The position numbers were made by a program, and so were the translations under genes. The notes under the pieces were generated by a model. It was not told the DNA's origin. It did not search any database and saw nothing but the letters and a program-made list of their open reading frames with translations. From an uncultured Chlamydiae bacterium (GTDB lineage: Bacteria > Chlamydiota > Chlamydiia > Chlamydiales > SM23-39), in NCBI GenBank assembly GCA_963730605.1, contig CAVSSM010000009.1:128001-192000 (forward strand): DNA of 64,000 bases. Reading direction: 5' to 3'. Every line of letters begins with the position of its first letter. Position 1 is the first letter of the stretch. This document shows, in pieces, positions 48,714 to 59,888 of the stretch.

Positions 48714-50050
48714 CTATTCTTTCATCGAGAGGAGGAACTCGGCGTTGCTCGCCGTTTTCTTCAGCCGTGCGGTGAGGAGATTCATCGCATCGACCGGCGT
48801 CAGGTCGGCAATGCCTTGGCGCAAGAGATAGATCTTTTCGAGCTCGGCTGGGTGGTAGAGGAGCTCTTCTTTCCGTGTGCCGCTCTTGATGAGGTCGATC
48901 GCAGGGAACAGGCGTCGGTCGGCAAGGCGTCGGTCGAGGACGAGTTCCATGTTGCCGGTGCCTTTGAACTCTTCGAAGATGACCTCGTCCATCCGGGAGC
49001 CGGTATCGATGAGCGCAGTCGCGATGATGGTGAGAGAGCCGCCTTGTTCGACATTGCGGGCCGCGCCGAAAAAGCGTTTCGGTTTGTGGAGCGCGTTCGC
49101 GTCGACGCCGCCGGTTAGGATTTTGCCCGAATGGGGCTGTACGGTGTTATAGGCGCGGGCAAGACGGGTGATGTTGTCGAGAAGGATGACGACATCGTAG
49201 CCGCATTCGACCAGACGGCGCGCTTTTTCGATCGCCATTTCGGCGATTTGGACGTGGCGCTCGGGCGGTTCGTCGAAAGTGGAGGCGATCACTTCGCCTT
49301 TGACGGTGCGGATCATGTCGGTGACTTCTTCAGGTCGCTCGTCGATGAGAAGAACGATGAGGATCACTTCGGGGTTGTTGGTCTCGATGGCATTGGCGAT
49401 GTTCTGCATCAAGATCGTTTTGCCCGATTTTGGAGGGGCGACGATCAGGGCGCGCTGTCCTTTGCCGATCGGCGCGGCGAGGTCGAGAACGCGGGTTGTG
49501 AGCTTGCTCGCGGGTCGTCTCCATGACGAGTCGTTTGTTCGGATAGAGCGGGGTGAGGTTTTCAAAGAGGACGCGGTCGCGGGTCTGTTCGAAGGTTTTG
49601 CCGTTGATCCGCTCCACTTTGAGCATGGCAAAGTATTTTTCCTTCTCTTTCGGCGCGCGGATGGAGCCGTAGAGAGTGTCTCCTTTGCGAAGATCGAATC
49701 GGCGGATTTGGGCGGGGGAGACGTAGATGTCTTCCGCAGAGGGAAGATAGTTGTAGTTGGGGGAGCGGAGGAATCCAAATCCATCGGGAAGAACTTCGAG
49801 AACGCCTTCGCCATAGAGAACTTCGTTGGGCCGCTCGGAGATCGTTTTGACGATTTCGAAGACGACGCTCGATTTGGTGAGAGGAGCCGGTGTGCTTGAG
49901 GCCGATGTTGCGTGCATAGGCTTGCAGCTGGTCGATGTTCATCCGCTGCAGGTCGGAGATTTTGGTCACAGTTTCGAAATCTTGGGAGGGCTGGCTGGGT
50001 GGTGATATTCTGAGCTATTGTTGCGATTCAGTCTGTTGATCTTGGTTCAT
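48714..50050 (-). CDS. rho: Transcription termination factor Rho (frameshifted in this sequence)
   Basis: [64 protein letters not shown] spread over several frames. Confidence 0.92.
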
Positions 50051-50062
50051 GAAAGATTTCCT

Positions 50063-50671
50063 CTATAGTTTTAAAATGTTGTTCAAAGCGATGACTTGGT
50101 TCGTTAAGATCGTCGAGAGATCCATTATTTTGAATGGTATAATCGGCGCGTTCGCGCTTTTTCTGATGGGGGCTCAGTTGCCGGTCTCATGCGTCTTTCG
50201 TATTCTTCTCGGTTGAAATCCCGCTCGCTCAAACCTCTGACGGGCAACGGCCTCGATCGGCGAGCACGGCGACGACATCATCGTAAAACGGTTCCCGCTC
50301 GAATCTCGAATAGGAAGGGGATTTCCACCACAAAGGCAGGTAGTATGCCTCTGACGAGGCACGCCAGGCTATAGAGCTCCTCGATTTTACGGAGCACGGC
50401 AGGATGCAGCAGCTTTTCAAGTTTTGTAAGCTGCCGCGGATCCTTAAATACTTTTTCAGCAATCCTTCTCCGGCTGATTTTCCGTCGGCTAGAATCTCGG
50501 GGCCGAATTGCCGGATGACTTGCTGACCGAGATCGGTATTGGGATCAAGAGTTCGTGGACAATCGCGTCGGCGTTGACAACAAAGGCCCCAAGTTCTTGG
50601 AAGAACTGGCAAACGGACGTTTTTCCGCTCGCTACCCCACCTGTGATGGCAATTTTCTTTAATTTTAGCAT
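50063..50671 (-). CDS. coaE: Dephospho-CoA kinase (frameshifted in this sequence)
   Basis: MLKLKKIAITGGVASGKTSV, ADAIVHELL, VEIPLL.E, ADYTIQNNG. Confidence 0.85.
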
Positions 50672-53333
50672 TCCGCCCAATTTTTGCCAACGGCCAAATG
50701 AACCTCGATCGGCACATTTAGTTTGAGCACGGTTTCCATTTTTTCTTTCACAATTTTTTCGAAAACGGCCACTTCCTCATCAGGGACCTCAAAAATCAAT
50801 TCGTCATGGATCTGAAGGATCATTTTCCCTCCAGCTCTTCCTCTCCGATCGTCCGATCGATTTCGATCATGGCCATTTTGATCAGATCGGCGGCCGTTCC
50901 TTGAAGGGGCGTATTGACGGCCAGGCGGTCGGCTGCGGCGCGGATAGAGGGGTTTTTATTGTCGATTTCAGGGATCGGCCTTTGTCTGCCTGTCAGGGTT
51001 GTGGCTGCCCCGGTTTTGCGGGCAATCGCTTTGCACGACTCGAGAAAGTCGTGCACTTTGGGGTATCTTTCAAAATATTTCTGGATGAACTCCGAGGCTT
51101 CCCTCATGGAGATTCCGAGCTGCCTGGAGAGGCCAAAAGGGCCTTGGCCATAGATAATGCCAAAGTTGACGATTTTGGCAAGGTCGCGCATTTCCGGGGT
51201 GACCATGGCGGGCGGGACGCCATAGACGAGCGAGGCGGTATGAGTGTGGATATCCTGATGGTCGTGGAAGGCCCGGACAAGTTCAGGGTCTTCGCTGAAG
51301 TGCGCGAGGAGCCGAAGTTCGATTTGGGAATAGTCGGCTCCGACGTAGAACCAGTCGCGCTTCTCTGGCCTAAAGCAGGAGCGGATTGCCAGTCCTTCCT
51401 TCGAGCGTACGGGAATATTTTGCAGGTTAGGGTCTTGGCAGGAAAGTCGCCCCGTAGCGGCGACCGATTGGCTGAACGTGCAATGGATCCGCCCTGTCTT
51501 TGCAATGACCGATTCGGGCAGTGCTTCAACATAGGTGGAGCGGAGTTTTTCCAGGCCGCGGTAATCGAGGATGAGGCGTGCGACCGGATAGTCGGCGGCA
51601 AGGGCTTCGAGGACGTCAGCCCCCGTCGAAAATTCCGTCTTTTTGCGGAAAGGCTGTTTCATGCCCAATTTGTCAAAGAGAATCTCGCTGAGCTGCTTGG
51701 GAGAGTTGAGATTGAACTCGACTCCTGCCTCATGGAAAATTTTTTTCCTTACGCCTTCCAAATCGCGGGATATGCCTTCACCCAAGTGTTTCAATTTTTC
51801 AACATCGAGGTAGATGCCTTTCCGCTCCATCTTGCCTAAAATCGGCAATAAGGGCAGTTCGAGCTCGGTAAGGAGGCGGTCCAGCTTCTTTTCCTCCAGT
51901 TCTTCTTCGAAGAGTTCCTTGAGCCGCGCCGTATAGTCGGCATCTTCGCAGCAATATTCGGCCACTTTCTGAATCTCAACATCGCGCATGGAGATCTGGT
52001 CTTTTCCCTTGCCGATCAAATTCTCGATGGGAATTTTGATTTTTTTAAATTTTTCGAGCGCCAGTTCATCTAGGTTGTGCCTGCGGCTTTGAGGATTGAG
52101 AAGATAAGAGGCGATGAGCGTATCGAAGCAAATATGACGGATACCAATGCCTAGATTTTGGAGGACGTGCCAATCGTATTTGATATTGTGTCCGAAAAAG
52201 CCGCATTTGGCATGGGAGAAAAATTCTTTTAGGGCAACGCTTGTTTTTTTGCCCAATTTCCCGTTGCAAGGGACGTACCATGCCTCCCCGGGCTCGACGC
52301 AAAAGCCGATGCCGACGAGTTCTGCATTCATTGAGGAGACATCGGTCGTTTCGGTATCGATGCAAACCTCCGACTCCTTTGAGAGCTTCGTTAAGAGCGT
52401 ATCGAGCTCTTTTTCATCGTCGACTAAGTGGTACTCGCGCCTCTCAGTCAGGCGCCTCTCCGCTTTTTTGGGAAGAGGCTTCTCTCCCATCTCGCGAAGA
52501 AGAGAGAGGAATTTCATCTTATGATAAAAACTCTCCAGCTTGCCAAAGTCTGGAACTTTCAGCTGATAGAACTCGGCAACTTTTGGGATCTCGACATCTA
52601 GGTCGAGGGTTGCGAGCTTGCGGCTCATCAACGCCCCCTCCTTGTTGAACCGGAGAATTTCCTGCTTCTTTTCTCCTTTTATCTTTTCCGGATGGGCAAG
52701 GATCGCATCCAAGGTGCCGAATTCTTTAAGGAGGGTCGTCGCTGTCTTCGGCCCGAACCCTGGAATTCCGGGAATATTGTCTGAGGCGTCGCCTACAATC
52801 GAGAGGTAATCGAGCATTTGGTCGGGGCGGACGCCGAACAGCTCCAACACTTTCGATGCATCGACGAGCACATTTTCTTTATGGGCATGGAGCATAAAGA
52901 TCCGGTCGTTGACGAGCTGCATCAAGTCTTTATCGCTCGAACAAAGGTAGGCCTCGGCTCCCATTTTCGCTGCCCAGACGGCAACCGAGGCCATCGTATC
53001 GTCTGCCTCCACTCCTTCTACACAAAGAATCGGGATCCCGGCCATTTCACACCATTCATAGGCCCAATCAAACTGAGGAAAAAGATCTTCTGGCGCCCCT
53101 TTGCGATGCATTTTGTATTCCGCATAGACCGCCTGGCGCGATTTCTTGTTATCCGGGCCGTCGAAGACAGCGACGAAATGCTCGGGAGAAAACTCCTTGA
53201 TCAGTTTTTGCACCGAGCGGATGAATCCAAAGAGAGCGCTCGTCGATTGTCCCGCGCCATTCAACATCGGCCCGATGGCGTAATAGGACCTAAACAAGAA
53301 GTTGACCGCGTCGAGAATGTAGATCTTATTCAT
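50665..53333 (-). CDS. polA: DNA polymerase I (frameshift near 50820)
   Basis: 5'-3' exonuclease (GVEADD, GDASDNIPG), TGRLSCQDPNLQNIP, DYSQIELR; MILQIHDELIFE...GKNWAEC tail in another frame. Confidence 0.95.
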
Positions 53334-54369
53334 TCGCAGGCTGATACAAATAGGCAAACTGATCGCGTATTTTCGGCTGCCCTAGGTCGAAGCTATGTTC
53401 GATCTTACCGCTCAAGAGGGTGTTTCTCCCTTTAAAGAGTTTGGAGAACCAAGCGTACTGCTGTTCGAGTTTGACGACCTGATAGGGTTTCGCCGGATCG
53501 ATCTTGGCCTCTTCGAGGAGGGCGAGGAGGGCCTCGTTTCGGCTCGCATTGCCATGATCGATATACCCGTGTTGTTCAGCCTTGACTGGATCAAAAACGC
53601 GGGCTCCATATTCGGTGAGCAGCTTATCTTTATCGAGGTTGGGGCGTGCTGAGGTGACGATCTGGACGAACCGGTCGTAAAAATAGTCGATGATCTCCTT
53701 ATAGGATTGATCTTCCCCTTCCTTCCAGGGACGGAAAGGGCTCATTGCGTCTTTGTCGATCCCTTTTGTGAGGGTTTTTGACTGAACGCCGATTTTCCCC
53801 AGCGAGTTATAAACGTTGAAAAATGGGCCGAGGATGACGCCGACCGACCCGATGATCGACGTTGGGCTGGCGTAGATTTTGTCAGCCGAGGAGGAGATGT
53901 ACATCCCTCCCGATGCGCAAAGGCCGTCGACATAGGCGTAAATCGGCACTTTGTACTTGGCTTTGTATTCCATGAGCATCCGGTAGATGTTATCCGAATC
54001 GACGACGGTTCCTCCTGGAGTGTTGAAATGGATCAAGATCCCTTTCACCCGGTTGTTCGCAAGGACGCCGGTTCTGGACTCGATCAGGATATTTTCAACG
54101 ACCTCTGAATCGAGGCCGGGCTCTCCAATGACCCCATTGATGTTCAGTTGGAGGATCGCCGGCGCCGTGATCGAGACCGCTTCCCGCTTATTCTGAGCAT
54201 CGGGAGCGACCTCCAACGTCGTCTTCGAGTCGACGGTGACCGTCTCCGAACAAAGACTGTAGAGCAGCGCGCACAGGAACGCGGCGACGACAATGGCGAC
54301 AACGCCAAAAAACATTTTGCTGAAGGTGCGCAAAGCTGAGACAAAGACCGATTCGCGGGAGATTTCCAT
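53326..54369 (-). CDS. sppA: S49 family peptidase (SppA/SohB-like)
   Basis: NTPGG, CASGGMY, IIGSVGV. Confidence 0.85.
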   Translation of the reverse strand: MEISRESVFVSALRTFSKMFFGVVAIVVAAFLCALLYSLCSETVTVDSKTTLEVAPDAQNKREAVSITAPAILQLNINGVIGEPGLDSEVVENILIESRTGVLANNRVKGILIHFNTPGGTVVDSDNIYRMLMEYKAKYKVPIYAYVDGLCASGGMYISSSADKIYASPTSIIGSVGVILGPFFNVYNSLGKIGVQSKTLTKGIDKDAMSPFRPWKEGEDQSYKEIIDYFYDRFVQIVTSARPNLDKDKLLTEYGARVFDPVKAEQHGYIDHGNASRNEALLALLEEAKIDPAKPYQVVKLEQQYAWFSKLFKGRNTLLSGKIEHSFDLGQPKIRDQFAYLYQPANE

Positions 54370-54479
54370 GGAAAAACCTTAAGGATGCATCTCAATGGTT
54401 ATACGCCTTGGGAGAATTGCAAAGCAAGATATGTCCAAGCCAAGGGGGGTGGAACAATGAGCCTATCCCAGTAATTTGC

Positions 54480-54770
54480 TATACTACTCCCGCCCAAAAA
54501 GTGTGAATCTGCCGGCGCCCTACCCCAAAGATGATGCATCTTTGGGGACCCCTCGGACAGCCACTGAATTTGAGACCCGTCTGCACCCCACCCCAAAGAC
54601 GATGCGTCTTCGGGGACCCCGGCGCTAAACTTTTCAAGTTTAGCTGCTTCGACACCGGCTTCGCCTGGCTCAAATTCAGGGCGCTGCTTCGCATAAAAAA
54701 GGTCCATTCAAGGACCTTTTTTATGATTTCGCAGTGGCATTTTTCACTCTTTTTGAACGGTCGCAGTATA
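54480..54770. mobile_element. Composite MITE, TA-flanked
   Basis: Ends match 7703-7866; interior carries the CCCCAAAGAyGATGC.T.TT.GGGGACCCC module twice, plus GCCTGGCTCAAATTCAGGGCGC as in 35601-35786. Confidence 0.85.
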
Positions 54771-54914
54771 TCCAAACAGTTATCAATCTATTTGTCTAGG
54801 TGGTGTGATCATCAGCCATTGCGTGTCAGTCAGTCCGTCAAACCTTCCTTTTATCATCGGATCCTCCTCAGAAAGAGCAGGCAGTCTACAGAATGTCAAG
54901 TAAAAATTCTATTA

Positions 54915-55081
54915 GGGGCTGTTAAAGAATAAAGTAAACTGTTTTGCGGTTCTTAGAGTGGCCCAGATGTCTGCGGCAGCGACAAGGTCAATGTTCGAGC
55001 AATATAACCGAGTCGCTGCCGTCTGACAGATGGGCCGCTATAATGGCCGGGAAATGGTTTAACTTATTTTTTAACAGCCCC
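54915..55081. mobile_element. MITE with TTA target duplication
   Basis: TIR GGGGCTGTTAAA / TTTAACAGCCCC with TTA on both sides; internal palindrome GGCCCAGATGTC...GACAGATGGGCC. Confidence 0.8.
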
Positions 55082-55211
55082 TTACTTGGATTGGCTCATT
55101 TATCTGAGTTATTTTTTCTTGCATAGTTTTGTTTTTAAATTAGTTTGTTGAATAATAATTACAGTTATTGTAAAATAGTAATACGATGTTAATAATTTTA
55201 ACAAGGGTAAT

Positions 55212-57413
55212 ATGCTTCTTTTGAATGATTTTCAGGACCGTTACAGGGTACAAATCACAACAACTTCTATAAGAGATTTAGAAAAATGTTTTGAGAATAA
55301 TAGCGAAGAAAAAACAATAGAATTTTTGAATAAATATTTTCAAAATCAAAAGAGCGAAGATTTTATCCCAATTTTATCTTCGGCCCTTGGTGCGGAATAT
55401 TATGAGTTTTTTTCTGCTCTTTTAGATCATATCCCTGAGGCGCGAAGACATGTGGAACTAAACGTACTCGCAAATGCACTGATCTCTCATTCTCTTCCTC
55501 TCGCGCTTTGCAAGAAATTAGATCATTGCGGATGGGATCCGTCTTATTTCAATACGCGCGATGAATATGGGGTAACTCTCCTAGCAAAGCTCGCCAAATC
55601 AGGAAATGGCGACGCGCTGTTTTTTCGTTCGATTGTCGATCGGATCGGGATAGAAAATATCGATGTTTTTGCCAGCCCAAATTTTGACAAAACAGAATTG
55701 AACCGATGTCTTCATCCGCAAGGAGAGCAGCTATTAGCGACGCTTAAATCTTCTTCGAGAGAATCTCTCCCAATGATCGCCCATCACGGTTGCACAATCA
55801 CAATCCCTCAAAATGATGGCTCTATGCTTCAACTTCATGGCCTCACGGTCCAAAATGTGATTCGCTATTTACGAGGAGATCAGTCTGCAGATTCCCAGGG
55901 GCGCGCTTGGAACCTCATTAAACAAACATCTCGCCCAGTTTATGAGTTTCAGGATGTTGAGTGTGCTCAGGATCTGATCAAAAAATCCTCGAGCCAAAAA
56001 AGTTCGCAAGGGTTGGGGGCTGGGTTGGAGGTGTGGAAGCTGTTTAGGGCCGATGCCGGTTTTGAGCCTCCGCACGAAGAAGTGGAGAACACTCAAGATC
56101 TGACTGGTTTTGAGGAATGGGAATCGTCCAGGTTTGACACAGCCTCTCCAGATTATGAGCCTCAGGATGTTGAGTGTGCTCAGGATCTGATCAAAAAATC
56201 CTCGAGTCAAAAAAGTTCGCAAGAATTGGGAGCCGGGTTGGAGGGGTGGAAGCCATCTAGGGCCGATGCCGGTTTTGAGCCTCCGCACGAAGAAGTGGAG
56301 AACACTCAGGATCCTATCAAAAAATCCTCGAGCCAAAAAAGTTCGCAAGGATGGCGAACCAGTTTTGAGGAATGGGAATCGTCCAGGTTTGACACAGCCT
56401 CTCCAGATTATGAGCCTCAGGATGTTGAGTGTGCTCAGGATCTTATCAAAACATCCTCGAGCCAAAAAAGTTCGCAAGGGTTGGGAGCCGGGTTGGAGGG
56501 GTGGAAGCTGTCTAGGGCCGATGCCGGTTTTGAGCTTCCACACGAAGAAGTGGAGAACACTCAGGATCTGATCAAAAAATCCTCAAACCAAAAAAGTTCG
56601 CAAGGGTGGCGAGCCGGTTTGGAAGGGTGGAAGCCATTCGGAGCCGACGCCGCTTTTGGGTCTCAGCAAGAAGAGGTGAGCGCCTGGGATCTCATCAAAG
56701 AATCCTCCGGTCAAAGAAGTTCGCAGAATAGCCAGACCCACTTGGAGGGATCAAAATCTTCTTCCGAATGGTCGATGTCGCCCGCAGCTTTTGTGTCTTC
56801 GCAAAAAGAAACACAGGTTGGAGGTCAACCCAATGCAGTGCCAGGCCCGATTTGGATCCCTCCTTCTCCGCAAACGCCTAGGGAGACATGCCCGCTGCGA
56901 TCTCATGTCTGGTTTCGCACGCACGTGGCACCCAATCATGGAGCCCTATCCATCCAAAATCCAAACACAGGAAAATTTCACGTAATCGGCTTATACCCAG
57001 CAAAAAACGATCATTCATATTGGGAATTGCTAAAAGGCGTACCTTGCCGAGTGATGGATGATACTCGTTTCCTTCAGAAAATGCAGAGATTGAATGCGGA
57101 TATCACTACCCAGTTTCTCATCCCCTACGATAAAGCTGAAAATATTGTTAAATATGCGGAAGCAGCAAAAAATGACTGCGAGAGCGGCGCAAGAAATTAT
57201 ATGACAATAGGGGGCAATTGTTTGGATTTCGTACAATCTGCCTATAAAAACGGTAATTTATCTAGCGTAGAACATTATGGAAAATTTATTCAGGCAAGTG
57301 ATTTTGGGCGGTTTGTCTCTTTGAACTGGAGAATGCTCCCTATTCAGTATACATTGCTTAGATCTCACGGCGTTATCTCTACTATCGCAGAGAATCTTCT
57401 TCACTCGCGTTAA
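55212..57413 (+). CDS. Tandem-repeat effector-like protein with predicted C-terminal permuted papain-like domain
   Basis: 733-aa ORF with central 42-43 aa repeats; C-terminal PNHGAL...GLYP...NY.TIGGNCLDFV. Confidence 0.75.
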   Translation: MLLLNDFQDRYRVQITTTSIRDLEKCFENNSEEKTIEFLNKYFQNQKSEDFIPILSSALGAEYYEFFSALLDHIPEARRHVELNVLANALISHSLPLALCKKLDHCGWDPSYFNTRDEYGVTLLAKLAKSGNGDALFFRSIVDRIGIENIDVFASPNFDKTELNRCLHPQGEQLLATLKSSSRESLPMIAHHGCTITIPQNDGSMLQLHGLTVQNVIRYLRGDQSADSQGRAWNLIKQTSRPVYEFQDVECAQDLIKKSSSQKSSQGLGAGLEVWKLFRADAGFEPPHEEVENTQDLTGFEEWESSRFDTASPDYEPQDVECAQDLIKKSSSQKSSQELGAGLEGWKPSRADAGFEPPHEEVENTQDPIKKSSSQKSSQGWRTSFEEWESSRFDTASPDYEPQDVECAQDLIKTSSSQKSSQGLGAGLEGWKLSRADAGFELPHEEVENTQDLIKKSSNQKSSQGWRAGLEGWKPFGADAAFGSQQEEVSAWDLIKESSGQRSSQNSQTHLEGSKSSSEWSMSPAAFVSSQKETQVGGQPNAVPGPIWIPPSPQTPRETCPLRSHVWFRTHVAPNHGALSIQNPNTGKFHVIGLYPAKNDHSYWELLKGVPCRVMDDTRFLQKMQRLNADITTQFLIPYDKAENIVKYAEAAKNDCESGARNYMTIGGNCLDFVQSAYKNGNLSSVEHYGKFIQASDFGRFVSLNWRMLPIQYTLLRSHGVISTIAENLLHSR
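55941..56760 (+). repeat. Intragenic tandem repeat, ~7 units of ~126-129 bp alternating A/B (255-bp higher-order unit)
   Basis: QDVECAQDLIKKSSSQKSSQ... and EEVENTQD(L/P)IKKSS... units, nearly identical at DNA level. Confidence 0.92.
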
Positions 57414-57928
57414 GAAGATTTTGCCTCGTGGGGGCGGGCTGGGGCGAGCTGGAAAAGTTCGAGGAAGGCAAGCCACCCAAAAGCCACAAAGGCGGCAAAC
57501 ACGATCCAGGAAAAAGAAATGTGGTAGACAAGCCCCGCCAAAACGATGAATTGCAGCGCGGTCGTGATTTTGCCCCATCGGACTGAGCGGAAGATAATCG
57601 ATTTTGTGCGCCGTGTGGCGAGCATAAGGAGCCCGTACAGGCAGAGGAAGAAATCGCGCGACGCAACCGCGGCGATCTGCCAAGAGTCGATCCGCCCTTC
57701 ATGATAGAGCGCAGCGAGGGCGAAATAGACAAAAAACTTATCCATTGCCGGATCGAGAACCGCGCCGAAGCGGCTGGCCGATTGGGTGCGGCGGGCTAAG
57801 TAGCCGTCAATACAATCGGTCAATGCAGCTAGTAAGATCGCAAGCAAGCGAAGAGCCGCATTTTCCTGAAGGAATAACAGGGCAAGCGGCGCCCGGACAA
57901 AGGAAAGGCTGTTCGAAATCGTAATCAT
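57410..57928 (-). CDS. pgsA: CDP-alcohol phosphatidyltransferase (PgsA-like)
   Basis: TDCIDGYLARR....SRFGAVLDPAMDK. Confidence 0.85.
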   Translation of the reverse strand: MITISNSLSFVRAPLALLFLQENAALRLLAILLAALTDCIDGYLARRTQSASRFGAVLDPAMDKFFVYFALAALYHEGRIDSWQIAAVASRDFFLCLYGLLMLATRRTKSIIFRSVRWGKITTALQFIVLAGLVYHISFSWIVFAAFVAFGWLAFLELFQLAPARPHEAKSS

Positions 57929-58012
57929 TTAAAATGAGATTGGTGTCATGCGTAGTTTTTATACCAGATCCTCTGATTTAGGATCATGTACCTTTGATTA
58001 GGACGTGCGACT

Positions 58013-59575
58013 TTACACCCCTTCCTTCATCAGCTGGGATTGGGGGTGGGAAGAGGGAGGGTCAGGGATATTGAGCTTGGCGTCGCGGGCTGCGAGAGCA
58101 TCGAATTGCTTCCCTAAAGAAACAACAGCGAAGATCCAGGCAAGAATCACGATGAGGAAAATCGCTCCTACATAAGGAGTGCTGGCAGAGACCGTCGTCA
58201 GCATGAGGAGGAGGCCTTGGTGGATGACGGAACCGCCTGATTTGCCGATGCGGGATCCGACGCCGTCGATCGCAGCCTTCCCCTTAAGCCTCGATTCGGA
58301 GCCCAGGGGGATAAAAGCGATTTCTTTCGTCGCGTCGAAAAGGGTGTATTTGCAGGCTCTGGCCGTCGCTTGGTGGAAGAAACCGCAGGTGACGCTGAGC
58401 ATGAGCGGGGTCGTGCCGAAGAGGGCCCCGATCCACTGAATGCCCAATTGTTCGGATAAGGTGAAGAAAAAAAAGGCGATGCCCATCACAAGGACGGTGA
58501 TGGCCGGAATGAGCGCGGCCGCGGTCCAAGAGCGGCGGATAAAACTGTTGGTGAAAAAGATCGAGACGACGGTCGCGATGATCCCCATTACGGTCATCAC
58601 GTCTCCCATATAAGCAGTGTAATCGCCGGGGTTCGGGTAGACCTGCTTGATCTGGTTCTTCCAGACAACCTCGATCAAGTTCATCGCAACATTGTAGGCG
58701 ACGACGATGGACGCGATGCAAATTAAATACTTGGACCTGGCAAGGTAAGCAAAATTTTTCCGCATCGACATCTTGATTTTTTCAGGCTGATGGAAGGGCT
58801 TAGCGAGTTCGTCGGGGCGGATTACGTTTTTATTGAGCCAACGAAAGATCGCGATCGTCGCGAATCCGGAAAGAATGACCGTGTTGCTGAGAAAGAAAAC
58901 CGACTGGTCCCAAACTGTGTGCCCATAAGGGATCCAGGGGATATAGAGATGAGTGGCAAAATTGCTGGCCGCCTGGCCCGCACCGATCCCGGCGAGGTTG
59001 CCGCCGATCATCAATAGCCCATAATAGCGTCTGGCTTCTTTCACTGACGTCACTTCGTTGGCAAACCCCCAGAATAGGACGGATAGGATCGCCGTGCTCC
59101 AAAGTTCCGACATGACATAGAACAAGGTGAACGTCCAATTGCGGAACAAGGCAATTAAACCTTTGAACCCTGCGGGAAGGATGGCTTGGAGCCGATCGGC
59201 TAGCGCATTGGGATGAAGATGGTATTGCAGTGGGAAAAGGACGAAAGTGAAAATAAAGAAGAACGAGAGGAAAAGGAGCATCATGATATAGAACACCTTT
59301 TCCTTGGAATAGCGGTTTGCGAGCCGCGTAAAAATAAAAGTCAGCAGAATGGCGCTGGGGAGGATCGCCCAGACTTTAATGAACGGGATGACCTCTGCTC
59401 CGGAATTTTCGGCCGTGACCACCATCGAGTCTTTGTAGGCCCGCAGTAGGTTATAATTGAAAGCGATGAGGGAGAACATGAAAAAGAGTGGGAGGAATTT
59501 CCTTAACTCCCATCGGTGAATCGGCCAAAAATAGGAGCGCCACTTCCCGAAACCGGCAGCGTTATCCGAGCTCAT
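58013..59575 (-). CDS. Nucleotide transport protein (Npt/TLC ATP/ADP translocase family)
   Basis: ELRKFLP, FNYNLLR..KDS, FYVMSELW, FWGFAN, KY.LFDATKE, KGKAAIDGVGSRIGKSGG. Confidence 0.93.
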   Translation of the reverse strand: MSSDNAAGFGKWRSYFWPIHRWELRKFLPLFFMFSLIAFNYNLLRAYKDSMVVTAENSGAEVIPFIKVWAILPSAILLTFIFTRLANRYSKEKVFYIMMLLFLSFFFIFTFVLFPLQYHLHPNALADRLQAILPAGFKGLIALFRNWTFTLFYVMSELWSTAILSVLFWGFANEVTSVKEARRYYGLLMIGGNLAGIGAGQAASNFATHLYIPWIPYGHTVWDQSVFFLSNTVILSGFATIAIFRWLNKNVIRPDELAKPFHQPEKIKMSMRKNFAYLARSKYLICIASIVVAYNVAMNLIEVVWKNQIKQVYPNPGDYTAYMGDVMTVMGIIATVVSIFFTNSFIRRSWTAAALIPAITVLVMGIAFFFFTLSEQLGIQWIGALFGTTPLMLSVTCGFFHQATARACKYTLFDATKEIAFIPLGSESRLKGKAAIDGVGSRIGKSGGSVIHQGLLLMLTTVSASTPYVGAIFLIVILAWIFAVVSLGKQFDALAARDAKLNIPDPPSSHPQSQLMKEGV

Positions 59576-59713
59576 ATCTCATGGTGTTGCCAATGCCCGT
59601 AATCATGGCATACCCATCCATTTAATGACACGAAAGATTCGCGTTTTTCTCGAGGAAACGGCTCCTTGAATGTGGATTTTTTGCTTACTTAAATAAATTA
59701 TTTATTCTAATTA

Positions 59714-59888
59714 GAGGGTGTCTACAAAGTGAGGGAACGCCCGAGTTTTTGGATTATTTTGGCCGCTTTTCGACTTCAAAGCTTGGGGGGGCCATATACT
59801 GCTGTCGATATTGCCCCCCAAGTCTTGAATCGAAAATCGGCTCAAAAGAACCGAAAAATCGACAGAACCTCACTTTGCAGACACCCTC
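59714..59888. mobile_element. MITE with TTA target duplication at the pgk stop codon
   Basis: 21-bp TIR GAGGGTGTCTACAAAGTGAGG / CCTCACTTTGCAGACACCCTC (1 mismatch); TTA at 59711-59713 and 59889-59891 (= pgk TAA). Confidence 0.88.

Noticed and set aside
54399..55126. Several 60-133 aa ORFs, one similar to ORF 7691-7891 (DSHFLGGSSI)
   Set aside because: The similarity is the translated MITE terminus, not a protein family
55941..56760. Regularly spaced repeats as a possible CRISPR array
   Set aside because: Units are ~126-129 bp, in frame within an ORF, lack unique spacers, and there are no cas genes in the window
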